A DNA stretch of 63,806 bases, counting the filler, from Octopus bimaculoides (Eukaryota): assembly GCF_001194135.2 (NCBI RefSeq). It is 7 parts of 6 records of this genome, joined end to end, with 100 filler letters (N's around TTAATTAATTAA, not from the genome) between each part and the next. Parts side by side here need not be neighbours in the genome. Positions count along the whole stretch, not along the records: positions 11,567 to 32,093 come from NC_068994.1; positions 32,194 to 35,749 come from NC_068984.1; positions 35,850 to 50,525 come from NC_069010.1; 4 more parts are not named here. The stretch is one strand, 5' to 3'. A program made the position numbers and the translations under genes. The first letter of the stretch is position 1. Each line of letters begins with the position of its first letter. A model generated the notes under the pieces. The model saw nothing but the letters and a program-made list of their open reading frames with translations, made no database searches and had not been told where the DNA came from. Positions 25,388-37,442 of this stretch are shown here, in pieces.

Positions 25388-27376
25388 TATTATCGGCAGA
25401 TATTTCAACCATCTATCTGTGTCGTCGTACGATTAAAAAGCTATGCTGAAATTATGATGAAACCTTCAATCATTCCATCTGAGGCTAGGTGATATGTCGT
25501 CATACGAATTTTTTTTTTGTACCAGGCATATTGTGTAAGCTCAGTGAAAGGAATAGATCCAAATCGCCGACGTTCGTCTATAGATGTTGAGGTAGGAGTA
25601 TAAAACGCAAGATCCAATATAAAAAAGATTAAATGCAACTGAAATGTACCGAATAGGAATGGTTTCAGGCCTTCAAGAAAAAGATCAATGCACGTTAAGA
25701 AACAGAGGTCGTCATTTATCGGAGATAAATGTCCAGCAACGTCTATATGTACGTGTTGAAGGCAAGTATCCGGAGTGGAAGAAGTTTTAGTTTTCTGACA
25801 CGATGTGCATTTTTAACCTATTCTCGAATACTATTCTTCATTCATAGCCAAACAAATTGAGCCAAAAAAGAGTTTTTCAGAAGTAAAAACTCCAAAGTGT
25901 GAATAGTAGAAAATGCCAATGTCTGTTGTGCGAATGAGCAAAAGGCCGGCCATAAAGGGCCTTTTGTTCATTGGCACAAAAGCCACGATATCACACGATA
26001 TAAACATCGTAGAAGGAAGTAATAGAAAGAGACGAAATTCGAGAAAAAAATTATGAATTTCTGAGTTGTTGAAACTCTTCATCAGTTTCATGATTAGACG
26101 CAGTTTTTTTCAAGTCACTTGCATTATGAATGCAAAGAATCAATATATACTCGAGATAAAGCGTCTGCTGCACAGTTAACCTTCTTCATGTATCGTGATA
26201 TAAAATCTAGGTGCCGAATTCCTCTCAGAGAATGTTTGACTGATATTTGACTGTAATGCGTAAGTCAACAGTTTACGATTGGTATACATGAAGAACTGTC
26301 GTCTTTCAAGCAAATGATAAAGGTGTTTAGTAGAATGAATCAGCAGCCAATAATCCACTAACAGAAGAACCGGATTTAGTTTCAGCTGGTTTCAAACGCT
26401 TTAAGAAGAATGAAAAGGGCTGCCATGAGTTATGAATAAATTGTTGAATACTCCCTGATTCTCACTTAAAAAGCAGTCCAGTAAAAGAAATGAGGGTCCC
26501 TCTGGTTTCATATGAGCCAATAAAGTAACTTTAAATAGCCTGTCTGTAATAGCTGCAAACAATCGTTTACAACTATTTGTTTGCTGTCAGAGTAATTTTT
26601 GCATGTTTCTTTTTTTCGGTTACATAACAACTGTGTAATAAGGATATATCGTTTCAGTGTAGTGCCGAGTGAAACGTCTCTAAAAGTTAACAAGCCCTAG
26701 GAATTCTTGCAATTTCCGTAAAGATCTGGGTGGTGGAAACTGTAACATAGCTTCCACCTTATCTTGCTTGGGCTGGATTCCTTTTATCCATAACATGTCC
26801 TAAGAGTATTAGGGATGGAATACGGAAAAGACATTGAGTAGGGTTAATTACAACACCATAGTGTGACAAGTAAGTAAAAAGCTACTGTAAAAATTCTTCA
26901 TGTTCTGATGCGGAAGAATAAATGGTCAATATAAGAAATTAAAATGTAAACAACGAACAACTTCATCAATGAATCTCTGAAAAGAATTGGTTGTATTTCG
27001 GAAACCGAAAAACATCCTCAAAAATTCAAATAGCCCGACAGGTTTAGTTACAGATATTTTATGAATATTACTAGGTTAGATATGAATTTGGTTATAAGGC
27101 CGAATTAAGTCTATATTGCAGATAAGATAATAAATTGTAGATGTGTGAAATGGGATAACATATTATAATCACTTCTAAATGAAATCTACCATCAAATTAA
27201 GCAAATGGAGTAAGCGAAACAAAAGGAACAAGCGGAACAAGAGGAGACATGTAGGATAGAGAATTCGTGAAGAGGTCAGAGAATGTGTGACGGAAGAACT
27301 TTGACAAAGAAACTAAAATAATAGTAATAAAGCTGAAGTGAAGACCAAATATATAGTGCGTGTGTTTAATTGGCAA

Positions 27377-27512
27377 AATATTCTTTTCTACTCTAGGCAC
27401 AAGGCCCGAAATTTTGGGGGAGGGGTCCAGTTGATTAGATCGACCCCAGTACGCAACTGGTACTTAATTTATCGACCCCGAAAGGATGAAAATCAAAGTC
27501 GACCTCGGTGGA
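27377..27512 (-). mobile_element. 5'-truncated family M SINE
   Basis: Body and GGGCCTTGTGCCTAGAGTAGAAAAG tail only. Confidence 0.75.
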
Positions 27513-27834
27513 AAAATTAGCAAAATATTAACATCCTCAAGTATAGCAAATGACATGTTCTTTATCCGTTTAAAACCCCCGATTTGATTCAACGAGGGTT
27601 GTTATTACAGTGGTTACAGTGGCCATAGTATAATATAAATAATCTTATTCGCTGGGCTGGTCTTATTTATGAGAAACATGATGGTTAAGCTCAATTATTA
27701 TAAATTTAATGCAAAGAAATAAAGAAACACAATGACAAGATGTTAACTAGCATCTAACAAAAATAAAGTTCGCACTTCTTAGTTAATATTTTAGTTAATA
27801 TTTGATAATATGGACATTTTAGTTAATATTTGAT

Positions 27835-28137
27835 AATGTGGACTAAAGACAATTGCCGCTGGCGAATAATGATATTATATTTGGTAAAAGTCAATCAATC
27901 ATTTGTGACATCTGTTAGTGATAGGCAATAAAATTTAATTTTTACACCTGAAGACCTTATGGAACATTCTAGAACGTTTCAGCGGACATATAAAAAAAAA
28001 ACTAGATTTCAACTCTCTTGAAAGATATTTCTAACTGCAGTCGGAGACCATGTGTCTTTAGCTCCCAATTATAATGAAATAATTTTCATCCCTCAACTTT
28101 CTTACTAAGAGATTATTTCTGTTGTAACTACCAATTA
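27835..28137 (+). mobile_element. LTR homologous to 23317-23623, cut by a Chapaev insertion
   Basis: Shared CTTATGGAACATTCTAGAACG, CAGTCGGAGACCATGTG and GAGATTATTTCTGT blocks. Confidence 0.6.
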
Positions 28138-29480
28138 CACTGGTCAACAAGTATTTTTCATCAAGCATATGTCAAGGTGTAGTTTTTAATGCTGATTTCA
28201 AATATACAATTAGTTTTTTTTATATCACGTACAGTTTTCAAGATGAGAAAGTTTTTTTGTTTTAGCTCATGCATTATATAGAAATTCCAATTAATGACAT
28301 GGATGCCTGTACTTCATTTACATCATGCAAACATACCTTTAAAATGAACTACATTATTCATTGCTGCATAGTTCAGATGCAATATTTTATCACCTTAAAT
28401 TAACCAATCAAGTTTTGTCTGACGAAATAGGTATTTCAATATCTCAAATTGTCCATTCATAATTGGTCTGATGAAATATTTCATCATCTCAAATTCAATA
28501 TAAGTATAGCCGTTTGTATCTATTTCCAGTAACATCGATGGACTTTCCGGATGTTTATCACAAGATCATGATCCTACAAGGTGACGTTTGTTTATTGACT
28601 CTTCAAAACGAAGTTTAAAAGCTATACTTCTTCATAATGGTAATCTGAAGCATCCATTCCTATTGCACAACCCGTTCATCTTCATGAATCATATGAGAAT
28701 ATGGAATTTTTACTTCATGTCATTGCCTATGAAAGATACTCATGGAAAATACGTGGAGATTTAAAAGTCATTGGAATGTTAAAGGGAATGCAGTCAGGTT
28801 TCACAAAATACAGTTGCTTCTTGTGTTTATGGGATAGTCAGGCAACTGGCAGACATTATTCGGAATCAAACTGGCAGACAAGAACATCATACCAGCCAGG
28901 ACTGTCTAGCGTCAAAAATACATCTCTTGTAGATCCATGTAATGTCCTATTGATTCCTTTGCACATAAAGCTTGAACTGATGAAACAGTTTGTAAAGACA
29001 CTAGGGAAGAGAAATGCCAGAGGGTTTGAGTATATTGTAGAAAAGTTACCCAAAATCACACAGGCGAAAGTGAATATCTTTGTCGGACCCCAAATCAGAG
29101 AAGTACTCAAAGATGTCAACTTCAAGACAACACTGGATGAACTGGAATGCTTTCACTTGGATTTGTGAGAATTTCTTGGGCAACAAGAAGGCAATGGACT
29201 ACAAGGATGGCATCAAGAATCTTCTGAAATGTTACTCAGCAATGGGTTGTTACATGTCACTGGAAGTTCACTTCTTAGATCCCATCTGAATTTCTTCGCA
29301 GATAACCTTGGAGCAGTGTTTGATGAACATGGTGAGAGATTTCACCAGGTCATTAGTGCTATGGAGAAACGGTACCAAGGTTTCTAGAATGACAGTATGC
29401 TGGCTTACTACTGCTGCTGGACACTTTTACCGTGATCAACCAGATCTGGAACACCGCGGGAAATCCAAATCACAATGTTT
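28138..29480 (+). mobile_element. Second Chapaev3-type element, internally deleted (C-terminal transposase half)
   Basis: TTA|CACTGGTCAAC terminus; LFIDSSKRSLKAILLHNG, GDLKV..GMQSGFTKYSCFLCLWDS, PLHIKLELMKQF, FVGPQIR and MSLEVHF..GERFHQ motifs. Confidence 0.75.
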
Positions 29481-29601
29481 CTAACTCTGTTGTTCTTTGT
29501 TTTGTCTGACCCATTTTTTTGTGTATTCATTCTTTGTAGAATGATAGTGATGAATTTCAACTCAATAAACTCATTTACTTTCTAATAATAATATGTCCTT
29601 A

Positions 29602-29812
29602 AGGCGGTGAGTTGGCAGAAACATTAGCACGCCGGGTGAAATGCTTAGTGGTATTTCGTCTGTCTTTACGTTCCGAGTTCAAAATCTGCCGAGGTCGGCT
29701 TTGCCTTTCATCGTTTGGCAGTCGATAAATTAAGTACCAGTTGCTACTGGGGATCGATCTAATTGACTGGCCCCCTCCCCAAAAATTTCGGGCCTTGTGC
29801 CTAGAGTAAAGC
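29602..29812 (+). mobile_element. Full-length family M SINE
   Basis: Perfect 18-bp TSD AATAATAATATGTCCTTA at 29584-29601 and 29813-29830. Confidence 0.9.
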
Positions 29813-29842
29813 AATAATAATATGTCCTTATTTCAGTTCAGT

Positions 29843-30010
29843 ATTTAAAAGATGAGGAATTATGTACATTATTTATATTATTTACATTTGACGGATATTT
29901 CTCCTCACCTTGTTTGTTGTTAACGCAACGTTTCGGCTGAAACGTTTCCATCCTTCATCAGGTGTCTTGGAGAAATTTCGAACCTGGGTTCTCATTCCTA
30001 AGGTATTTTT
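29843..30010 (-). mobile_element. Penelope-type terminal repeat fragment carrying a hammerhead motif
   Basis: Contains CTGATGA...GAAACGTT on the minus strand and lies next to a GIY-YIG remnant. Confidence 0.55.
29922..29966 (-). ncRNA. Candidate minimal type I hammerhead ribozyme
   Basis: Minus strand GACAC-CUGAUGA-A-GGAUG..CAGCC-GAAA-CGUU-GCGUU: both conserved core boxes, stem II, a palindromic stem III (AACGUU) and a short stem I. Confidence 0.55.
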
Positions 30011-30029
30011 CGATGTTATGATAATGAAT

Positions 30030-30330
30030 GTCAGATAATCCTTACAGTCATGTAACACCAAACTCGTGGCTTTCAAACTCCCCCAAATTTAAATCCCAAG
30101 GACTACTGCGTTTGAAAAGAGACTAATTGATATCCTCACAATAGCATAGCTTTACGCCCAATCCAGGTGATCTCAAAAATGAATAAGAGTCAATGGTGAA
30201 TTTATATCGACGGTTCCAGTACTGCATTGAAGCAGTCATCGAAGCTGAAGATGGATTTATAGAATAATCTCATAAGAAAGTTTATCGATAAATTTTTATC
30301 AAAATACGCTTGGTTTTTTGCTTGATTAGA
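30030..30330 (+). mobile_element. Tc1/mariner transposase C-terminal fragment
   Basis: WLSNSP/NLNPKDY (cf. WPxNSPDLNPLDY) and RFQYCIEAVIEAEDGFIE*. Confidence 0.65.
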
Positions 30331-30339
30331 GTCGTTTTA

Positions 30340-31130
30340 TTAATTACCAAATAAGTCCTCAAATACCTCTCGCACCTTGTAGACACTTCGTTAAATTCCA
30401 TCACACCTAATTTAGCTGGTTATATAGCTGCTATTAACAAGAATTTAGACAAATTTTAAAATGATATAAGTGATTCTGATTAGTAGTTTGTCTGCCTCTA
30501 GCTCCTCCGTTAATAACGCATCTCAATCTAACATGAATACTACTATTGATTCTGTGCTTCTTCCTAAGATTAACTTTAATAATAATTCAACAAATAATTC
30601 TTGACTATTTAGTAAACCTGACGGCATGTGTAATTGTAAGGACAGAGATGGCTGCCCCTTGCGTGGCCAGTGCCTCCGGACGAATATAATATATAAATGT
30701 TCAGTCCATACATTCGATAAGGTTTACTGCTATATTGTTACCACAACATTAATTCAAGATGAGATGAAGCAATTACTTACATTCTTTTAAGAGCATGTAC
30801 AAATTACATAATACTTCTTTAGCAAAATAACATACTTCTTTAGCAAAATTTATTTCGGACTTAAAGAATAGAATTTTTTCTGCTGTTTTAACGGCGATAC
30901 TGCGTTCTAAATATCACTTTTTTGCCTGTATTGTTTACTCTATTTCGCTGTCACTTATACGGATAGCACTTCCGTATAAAGGTGTGCGGCAGTTGTAGTT
31001 CGTGTTGCACTGAGGCACTTTAAATTCGAAGATGTAAATTTGGGCTAATTAATGAACATAATGTGTTGTTAACCCGTCACCAATATCAGGTTAATAAAAC
31101 CTTCGTAGGGATTCTGCTTACTTATGTATT
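30340..31130 (+). pseudogene. Penelope-like element: linker and GIY-YIG endonuclease remnant
   Basis: TPNLAGYIAAINK; CNCKDRDGCPLRGQCLRTNIIYKC..YI (from 30629); FKMR..HSF..TSLAK; ALPY...CSSCCTE. Confidence 0.7.
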
Positions 31131-31359
31131 GTAACATATTGCACTTCTACTGAGTGCATTTCATTTCTCGTTGCAATTATCATTTTTCTCTGATATTAAC
31201 TGTTATCCGTAATTTTAATTATTTGTATATTATCTCGTTGCTAATTTTCTTAACTTTTCTAACAACATTTTTTCCTGTTCCTGTATAAATATTTACTGGT
31301 TCCATTTAAAGTAGTAATATTCCTTTTTTATTATGAATATTTGTTATTTTTCTACTATA

Positions 31360-31428
31360 CTATATTATATTATATTGTATTGTATTGTATTGTATTATAT
31401 TACATTATATTATATTATATTATATTAT
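31360..31428. repeat. (TATTA/TATTG)n pentanucleotide microsatellite
   Basis: Read directly from the sequence. Confidence 0.9.
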
Positions 31429-31735
31429 GATACTTGACTATTTTAACTTGCTGTTCAACTCTGTTTAATGCGAAATTATTCAAATCATTTCTGTGCTTTA
31501 TTTATATCTATCTGATTAATGAAATCGCTATCGTGTACAAAACGAAATTAGAGGAATATATTCGTACATACCGAAGTAAAGACGGATTTATATTCCAGCT
31601 GTATGTACAGTCACAAGCGTCCGACAGAATACACCACGAGTTTCAAAGCAGCACTTAGGTACGAACACTGCACCTGTTGTACGGCACTCAATAGACTCCC
31701 GATCTACGCTAATTGCAGGTTCCGAGGAAGATGAA

Positions 31736-32093
31736 GGATCTTTTTGGTTTGACGGGCAACATTTTTCATTTATGTTTTATGTAGTGTTTTTGGTACCGAA
31801 ACACTTTCAAACTTCGTATACTTGTATATTTTGTATTATAGAAAAGATAAAAATTTTTGTATTCGAAATTATTTCATGTAAAAAGTTGTCGTATTTCGGT
31901 AATTTCAACCAATCACTGACGTCTATTGAGGTGAAAATAATTAATGGCGTGGAATGTAAACAACGGTGTCATGGGATCTTTTCCCTTGAATAAAATTAGT
32001 GCCGTTGTTTGTCAACAACTACCCGTGTTACTCTTATTTATGACATCGTTCGTGCGTTTGTACTGGTTTTAGCTTTAGGGTTTTAGGGTTAGG
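31736..32093. mobile_element. One arm of a GGATC-terminated MITE-like element ending in TTAGGG-like repeats
   Basis: Homologous to 38453-38650; ends TTTAGGGTTTTAGGGTTAGG at a gap. Confidence 0.6.
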
Positions 32094-32453
32094 NNNNNNN
32101 NNNNNNNNNNNNNNNNNNNNNNNNNNNNNNNNNNNNNTTAATTAATTAANNNNNNNNNNNNNNNNNNNNNNNNNNNNNNNNNNNNNNNNNNNNGAACTCT
32201 TCTTTCTCAGACTGGAACAAACACGACACAATGAAATAGAGAAATTTGAAAAGACAACACGAAACCGGTTATTTCTCAAAATACAATGTTTATATACCAA
32301 AAAGATTTTATAACATTTTTCTAACATTTTTCCAACATTTTTCTGACATAATTTAAATATATACTTTAACCATGTAACAAGCCTTCTGTAGTTTTTTCAC
32401 TCTTATTATCTTTTATACATCCAACCACGTGCTTTCACATACCAACTTTCTCA

Positions 32454-32498
<45 letters not shown>

Positions 32499-32779
32499 AG
32501 AGAACTGAATGTAGAACTTTCAGCATTTAATTATTCTCAGAGAATGAAAAAATGAAGACTGAGATCAGAGTACCCTTCAGCTTTCTGCCCAGGAAAAGAA
32601 ATTATAACTATTTCAATTCAACAGAAATCAGAACTTATCCATAATGGTAAGCCTAGTTTACTAAACATGTGTTTATTCGTTCATTCATGTGTTTATTAAA
32701 CATGTGTTCAGGACCTGAGAATCCACTTGAGTAATGATGCAACATCCCATGTGCATATTAGCTAGATGACCATACTGTG

Positions 32780-33370
32780 CAAGCAAGTGGCTGGTTAGAT
32801 TCTGAGATCATGCAGAACCAGGGAAAAGAATACATTGCTACTCCTATAGGGAACATTTTATTCTCAGTCACCTAGATTACTGCTCCCAAGTGTGTTCGTC
32901 ACAAAGTGTCAAACTAATAGTGGAACTTGAGGTAATCCAATACCACTACACAAAGAAGATTGATTTTGTGCAACAGACAAGCTACTTGGAAGGCTAAAAG
33001 AACTGAAGCTCAACTCCCTAGAGAGAAGATATCTATGTAACATCCTGGAAGGTCTAGTTCCCAACTTTTGGATTGAAAGCTATACCAATCACCAAATTGG
33101 ATGCCACTGCATAGTACCAAAAATCCAATCCTCTCTATCTAGAGTAAGGATCCAGTGCTGTAATAGGTTAGATTTTTAAGCCCCACAACTTTTTGACATT
33201 GCCAACCAACCTCAGAGATATGTAAGGTGTAGATGTGAATACTTTCAAGGAAAATTTGAATGTGCTTTAATCTGAAGTACCAGATAAACTCACATTATAG
33301 CAAGAAACACAAAGAGGAGCAGCTCTGTCCAACTCACTAATTCACCAGAAACAATTCCAGAGAGAAGTGA
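32780..33370 (+). mobile_element. CR1/L2-type LINE 3' fragment
   Basis: SHLDYCSQ, VKLIVELE..TKKI, RLKELKLNSLERR, ILEGLVPNF..RHC motifs with frameshifts. Confidence 0.7.
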
Positions 33371-34687
33371 GGAAGTGAATGTAAAATAAAAACCAATCAC
33401 ACTAAAAGAAGTGCCCCAGAATGGCCACAGCCTCTGGCTGAAACCAGTAAAGGCAAAAGCAAGCTGTTATTCTTTTCACACACAAAAAAGATTGTCCTGA
33501 TATATTTCATAGCTCATTGGCTAGTCAACAGATACGTGGTTTCCTCTTATATGAATCCCCATATATAATCCCTAATTCAATTTCAGTGTTTCATCAACCA
33601 GGTATTTGATGATTATTAATGGTACTATGGAAATGAATTGATTTCAGCAAGGAATTAAAAATGGGACTTTGTTCCCCGGGATCTTGTCTGTTCAAGTATG
33701 ATGTACACTTTTTATGTATGAATTAAGTAGTTGGCCTAAAATTTCACTATTAAAAGTAATAGTGTCAAATTGCTCAACAGTAAATCAGTTTTGTTGACCT
33801 ACATTGTTTTCTTAGACATGAAGTCAAATTTTATTCGAGAGGAGTGTAATTTTCTGAATACTTTTAAGTATGTTGCTAAAACTTATTTTATTGATACTGG
33901 GAGTACGAAAGATGAAGTTTATTGCAAGGATATTTGAAGATAAAGGGATAAAATTAAATACTTGAAATCATCTAAGCAGGTAATGTGTTGACTTTGTCTA
34001 CTAATTTATCTAATATTTGTTATGCTGTAATATACATTAATGTAATTTGTGTTAGGTAGCATTTTTGTGTTAACAACTGCAGAACAACATCTGGGTGAAT
34101 TTTTCAAATGTTAACTATTTTTTTCTGTCAGTTACCTCTTACAACTCTTTATATTTCATTGATAATACTAATAGGAATGAAAATGAAATTTTAAATGACT
34201 GTGTGGATAGTGAGTAGGTTGTCTATTATAAATAAGCATCCCTATTATGCTTTGTAACTAAAATGTCCAAATGTCAATGAGTCAGAAATATATTTCATAA
34301 TTATTTATTTGGTTCTTTATGTTTTCTAGGTTTATATTGAGGTTTCTCTATGCCAACTGTTTTACATTCATTGCCTGTAAGTAAAGTTTTACTTTTTATT
34401 TTCTCTGAAATTGAGCATAGTAGATATCGAATTATGGAACTTGCAAACAGTCGTGCTATATGCCTTACCCATAGACATTTGTTTGTTCATTCATTAAACT
34501 TTAATTTTTCCATGATAGCGTGAGTTTGTGCTCATTTGAAACACAATTATGCAGTTAGATTCTGGTTTCTCAAAGAATTTTGTTATTCCACAGGTTTTCA
34601 AGAGGACAAAATGACCACTCATAATGTCGACCATTTCACACAAGCAAAGCTGTGGAATATCAATATTCATGCTTATTTGCACTCATA

Positions 34688-35690
34688 CAGGGGTTAGAAA
34701 CACCTAGCATCATAATTTTGAAAATATCTATAAAATTGTCAAAAGCTTGTTTATTTTTATGTTTTTGATTTATTATTAGTGTTGTTAAATATGTTTTGCT
34801 AAAATTGCTGTTTCCTTTCAGATATCAGAAAAAGGTAATTAAAATTCATTAAAATAACAGATCTATTGGACAGGTCAAATTGTTGGTGCTCGTATGGCAG
34901 GCATGAGCGTAACGTAAACAGCGAAAATGTTCAGTGTATCAAGAAGTACTGTCTCGAAAGTAATGACAGCCATTGAGAAAGAGGGAAAAACTTCTTCGTC
35001 GAAACAAAACTCCGAAGAAAACCAAAACTTTCAGATTGGGACTGTCAGACTCTTACGTGAATTGTTAGAAAGGATCACAAAAGTACAGCTCCCAAAATTA
35101 CTACAAAGCTTAATGACCACCTTGAGAACCCAGTTTCCACAAAAACTGTTTGCCAGGAGCTGCACAAATCCGAATTTCATGAGAGGGACTGCAATCAGAA
35201 AACCACTACTTTCAAAAACAAACATTGCGATGCGTTTATAGTGGAGTAAAAACGTACAGAATTAGTCCCTAGAGCAGTGGAAGAATGTTATTTTCTCAGA
35301 CAAGTCATCTTTTACCCTATTTCCGACCACCGGCTGAGTATACGTGTAGAGACAGCCAAAAAAAGCATTTGACCCAGACTGTCTTCTTCCAACTGTTAAA
35401 CACGGAGGAGGATCTGTGATGATTTGGGGGGGGGCTATATTTTGGAAATCCGCCGGCCCAATGGTTTCCCTTCATGACAGAATTAATAGTCAACACTATT
35501 TAAGCATTTTATCTGATCAACTTCATCCTATGGTTGCGAAACTGTTTCCGGAGAGAAACGCAATCTTTCAGGATGATAATGCACCAATTCACACAGCTAA
35601 AGTTGTTACTGAATTGCACGAGGAACATTCTAGTAAAGTTGAACATCTTATATGGCCACCACAGTCCCCAGATCTCAATATTATTGAACA
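34688..35690 (+). mobile_element. Tc1-family transposon, DD36E transposase pseudogene, 3'-truncated
   Basis: GQIVGARMAG..SRSTVSKVM (HTH), FSD (35299), VKHGGGSVMIWG, FQDDNAPIH...WPPQSPDLNIIE. Followed by an RTE RT fragment RQLQEKYLAKDKPLYLAFVD at 35691-35749. Confidence 0.85.
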
Positions 35691-35849
35691 GACAGTTGCA
35701 GGAGAAATACCTAGCTAAGGATAAACCTCTGTACCTGGCTTTTGTTGACNNNNNNNNNNNNNNNNNNNNNNNNNNNNNNNNNNNNNNNNNNNNTTAATTA
35801 ATTAANNNNNNNNNNNNNNNNNNNNNNNNNNNNNNNNNNNNNNNNNNNN

Positions 35850-35896
<47 letters not shown>

Positions 35897-36384
35897 CATA
35901 CTCTGTTAGTATATACAGTACGTAATATGTACTGAACATACTATATATTATATACATACTATGTTACATATGCACACGTTTTACTGATATAGAAATGAAG
36001 TTACACCGAGTGTATTATTTGTTTTAAATGCCTCCATTAATCTCTATCATAGGTACTATTATGTGCTTGTACTACTTTCATTTCATCAAACTGGTTTAGT
36101 GCAGCAACTTGGCTTGGTGGTCGTGCTGACATATGAAGAGCTAAGAAAGCGGAACTTGTGGCTTTGCCCGGGCCAAATGTATATGACTCCAGGATGCATT
36201 ATTATTTGTATGCTATATACTACATACATACTGCATACAATAAGCTATATACACGCGCATTTGACTGATATATATATATATATATATATAGTTTAAAATG
36301 AAGTTTTGCTGCGTATATATATATAGTTTGCTTATTCAAAAATGTAAATATGTCTGCATGCTCCCATCTATACTAGATTTTATA

Positions 36385-36520
36385 GGAGTGGCTGTGTGGT
36401 AAGTAGCTTGCTTACCAACCGCATGGTTCTGAGTTCAGTCCCGCTGCGTGGCACCTTGGGCAAGTGTCTTCTACTACGGCCTCGGGCCGACCAAAGCCTT
36501 GTGAGTAGATTTGGTAGACA
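36385..36520 (+). mobile_element. Family C SINE 5' part
   Basis: GGAGTGGCTGTGTGGTAAG head and CACCTTGGGCAAGTGTCTT CORE-like block. Confidence 0.8.
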
Positions 36521-36828
36521 GTTGTTGTTGGCACTCCGTCGCTTACGACGTCGAGGGTTCCAGTTGATCCGATCAATGGAACAGCTTGCTCATGAAATTA
36601 ACGTGCAAGTGGCTGAGCACTCCACAGACACGTGTACCCTTAACGTAGTTCTCGGGGGGATATTCAGCATGACACAGAGTGTGACAAGGCTGACCCTTTG
36701 AATTACAGGCACAACAGAAACAGGAAGAAAGAGTGAGATAAAGTTGTGGTGGAAGAGTACAGCAGGGGTTCGCCACCATACCCCTGCCGGAGCCTCGTGG
36801 AGCTTTTAGATGTTTTCGCTCAATAAAC
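36521..36828 (-). mobile_element. Family O SINE inserted into the family C SINE; runs into a gap
   Basis: Same sequence as 63020-63316 and 49362-49515; tail GGAGTGCC(AAC)n. Confidence 0.8.
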
Positions 36829-37442
36829 NNNNNNNNNNNNNNNNNNNNNNNNNNNNNNNNNNNNNNNNNNNNNNNNNNNNNNNNNNNNNNNNNNNNNNNN
36901 NNNNNNNNNNNNNNNNNNNNNNNNNNNNNNNNNNNNNNNNNNNNNNNNNNNNNNNNNNNNNNNNNNNNNNNNNNNNNNNNNNNNNNNNNNNNNNNNNNNN
37001 NNNNNNNNNNNNNNNNNNNNNNNNNNNNNNNNNNNNNNNNNNNNNNNNNNNNNNNNNNNNNNNNNNNNNNNNNNNNNNNNNNNNNNNNNNNNNNNNNNNN
37101 NNNNNNNNNNNNNNNNNNNNNNNNNNNNNNNNNNNNNNNNNNNNNNNNNNNNNNNNNNNNNNNNNNNNNNNNNNNNNNNNNNNNNNNNNNNNNNNNNNNN
37201 NNNNNNNNNNNNNNNNNNNNNNNNNNNNNNNNNNNNNNNNNNNNNNNNNNNNNNNNNNNNNNNNNNNNNNNNNNNNNNNNNNNNNNNNNNNNNNNNNNNN
37301 NNNNNNNNNNNNNNNNNNNNNNNNNNNNNNNNNNNNNNNNNNNNNNNNNNNNNNNNNNNNNNNNNNNNNNNNNNNNNNNNNNNNNNNNNNNNNNNNNNNN
37401 NNNNNNNNNNNNNNNNNNNNNNNNNNNNNNNNNNNNNNNNNN

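Larger units (their letters stand above)
24560..27340 (-). pseudogene. Decayed Ty3/gypsy pol (RT, RNase H, integrase)
   Basis: Minus strand, in gypsy domain order: GLFEFLRMxFGxRN..FQRFIDE (RT), LQEFLGLVNF, RQFFMYTxxKxLTYAL..AADALSR (RNase H), SHFG..CTSCQKTK (HHCC), HVHIDVAG..LTCID (integrase core), TVSTDRL (C-terminal). Many stops and frameshifts. Confidence 0.8.

Noticed and set aside
23317-28137. Intact gypsy provirus flanked by the two homologous LTRs
   Set aside because: The LTRs are in opposite orientations, and no PBS or PPT links them to the pol remnant.
32074-32093. Chromosome end (TTAGGG beside a gap)
   Set aside because: Only about three imperfect units, internal to a dispersed repeat arm, with ordinary sequence beyond.
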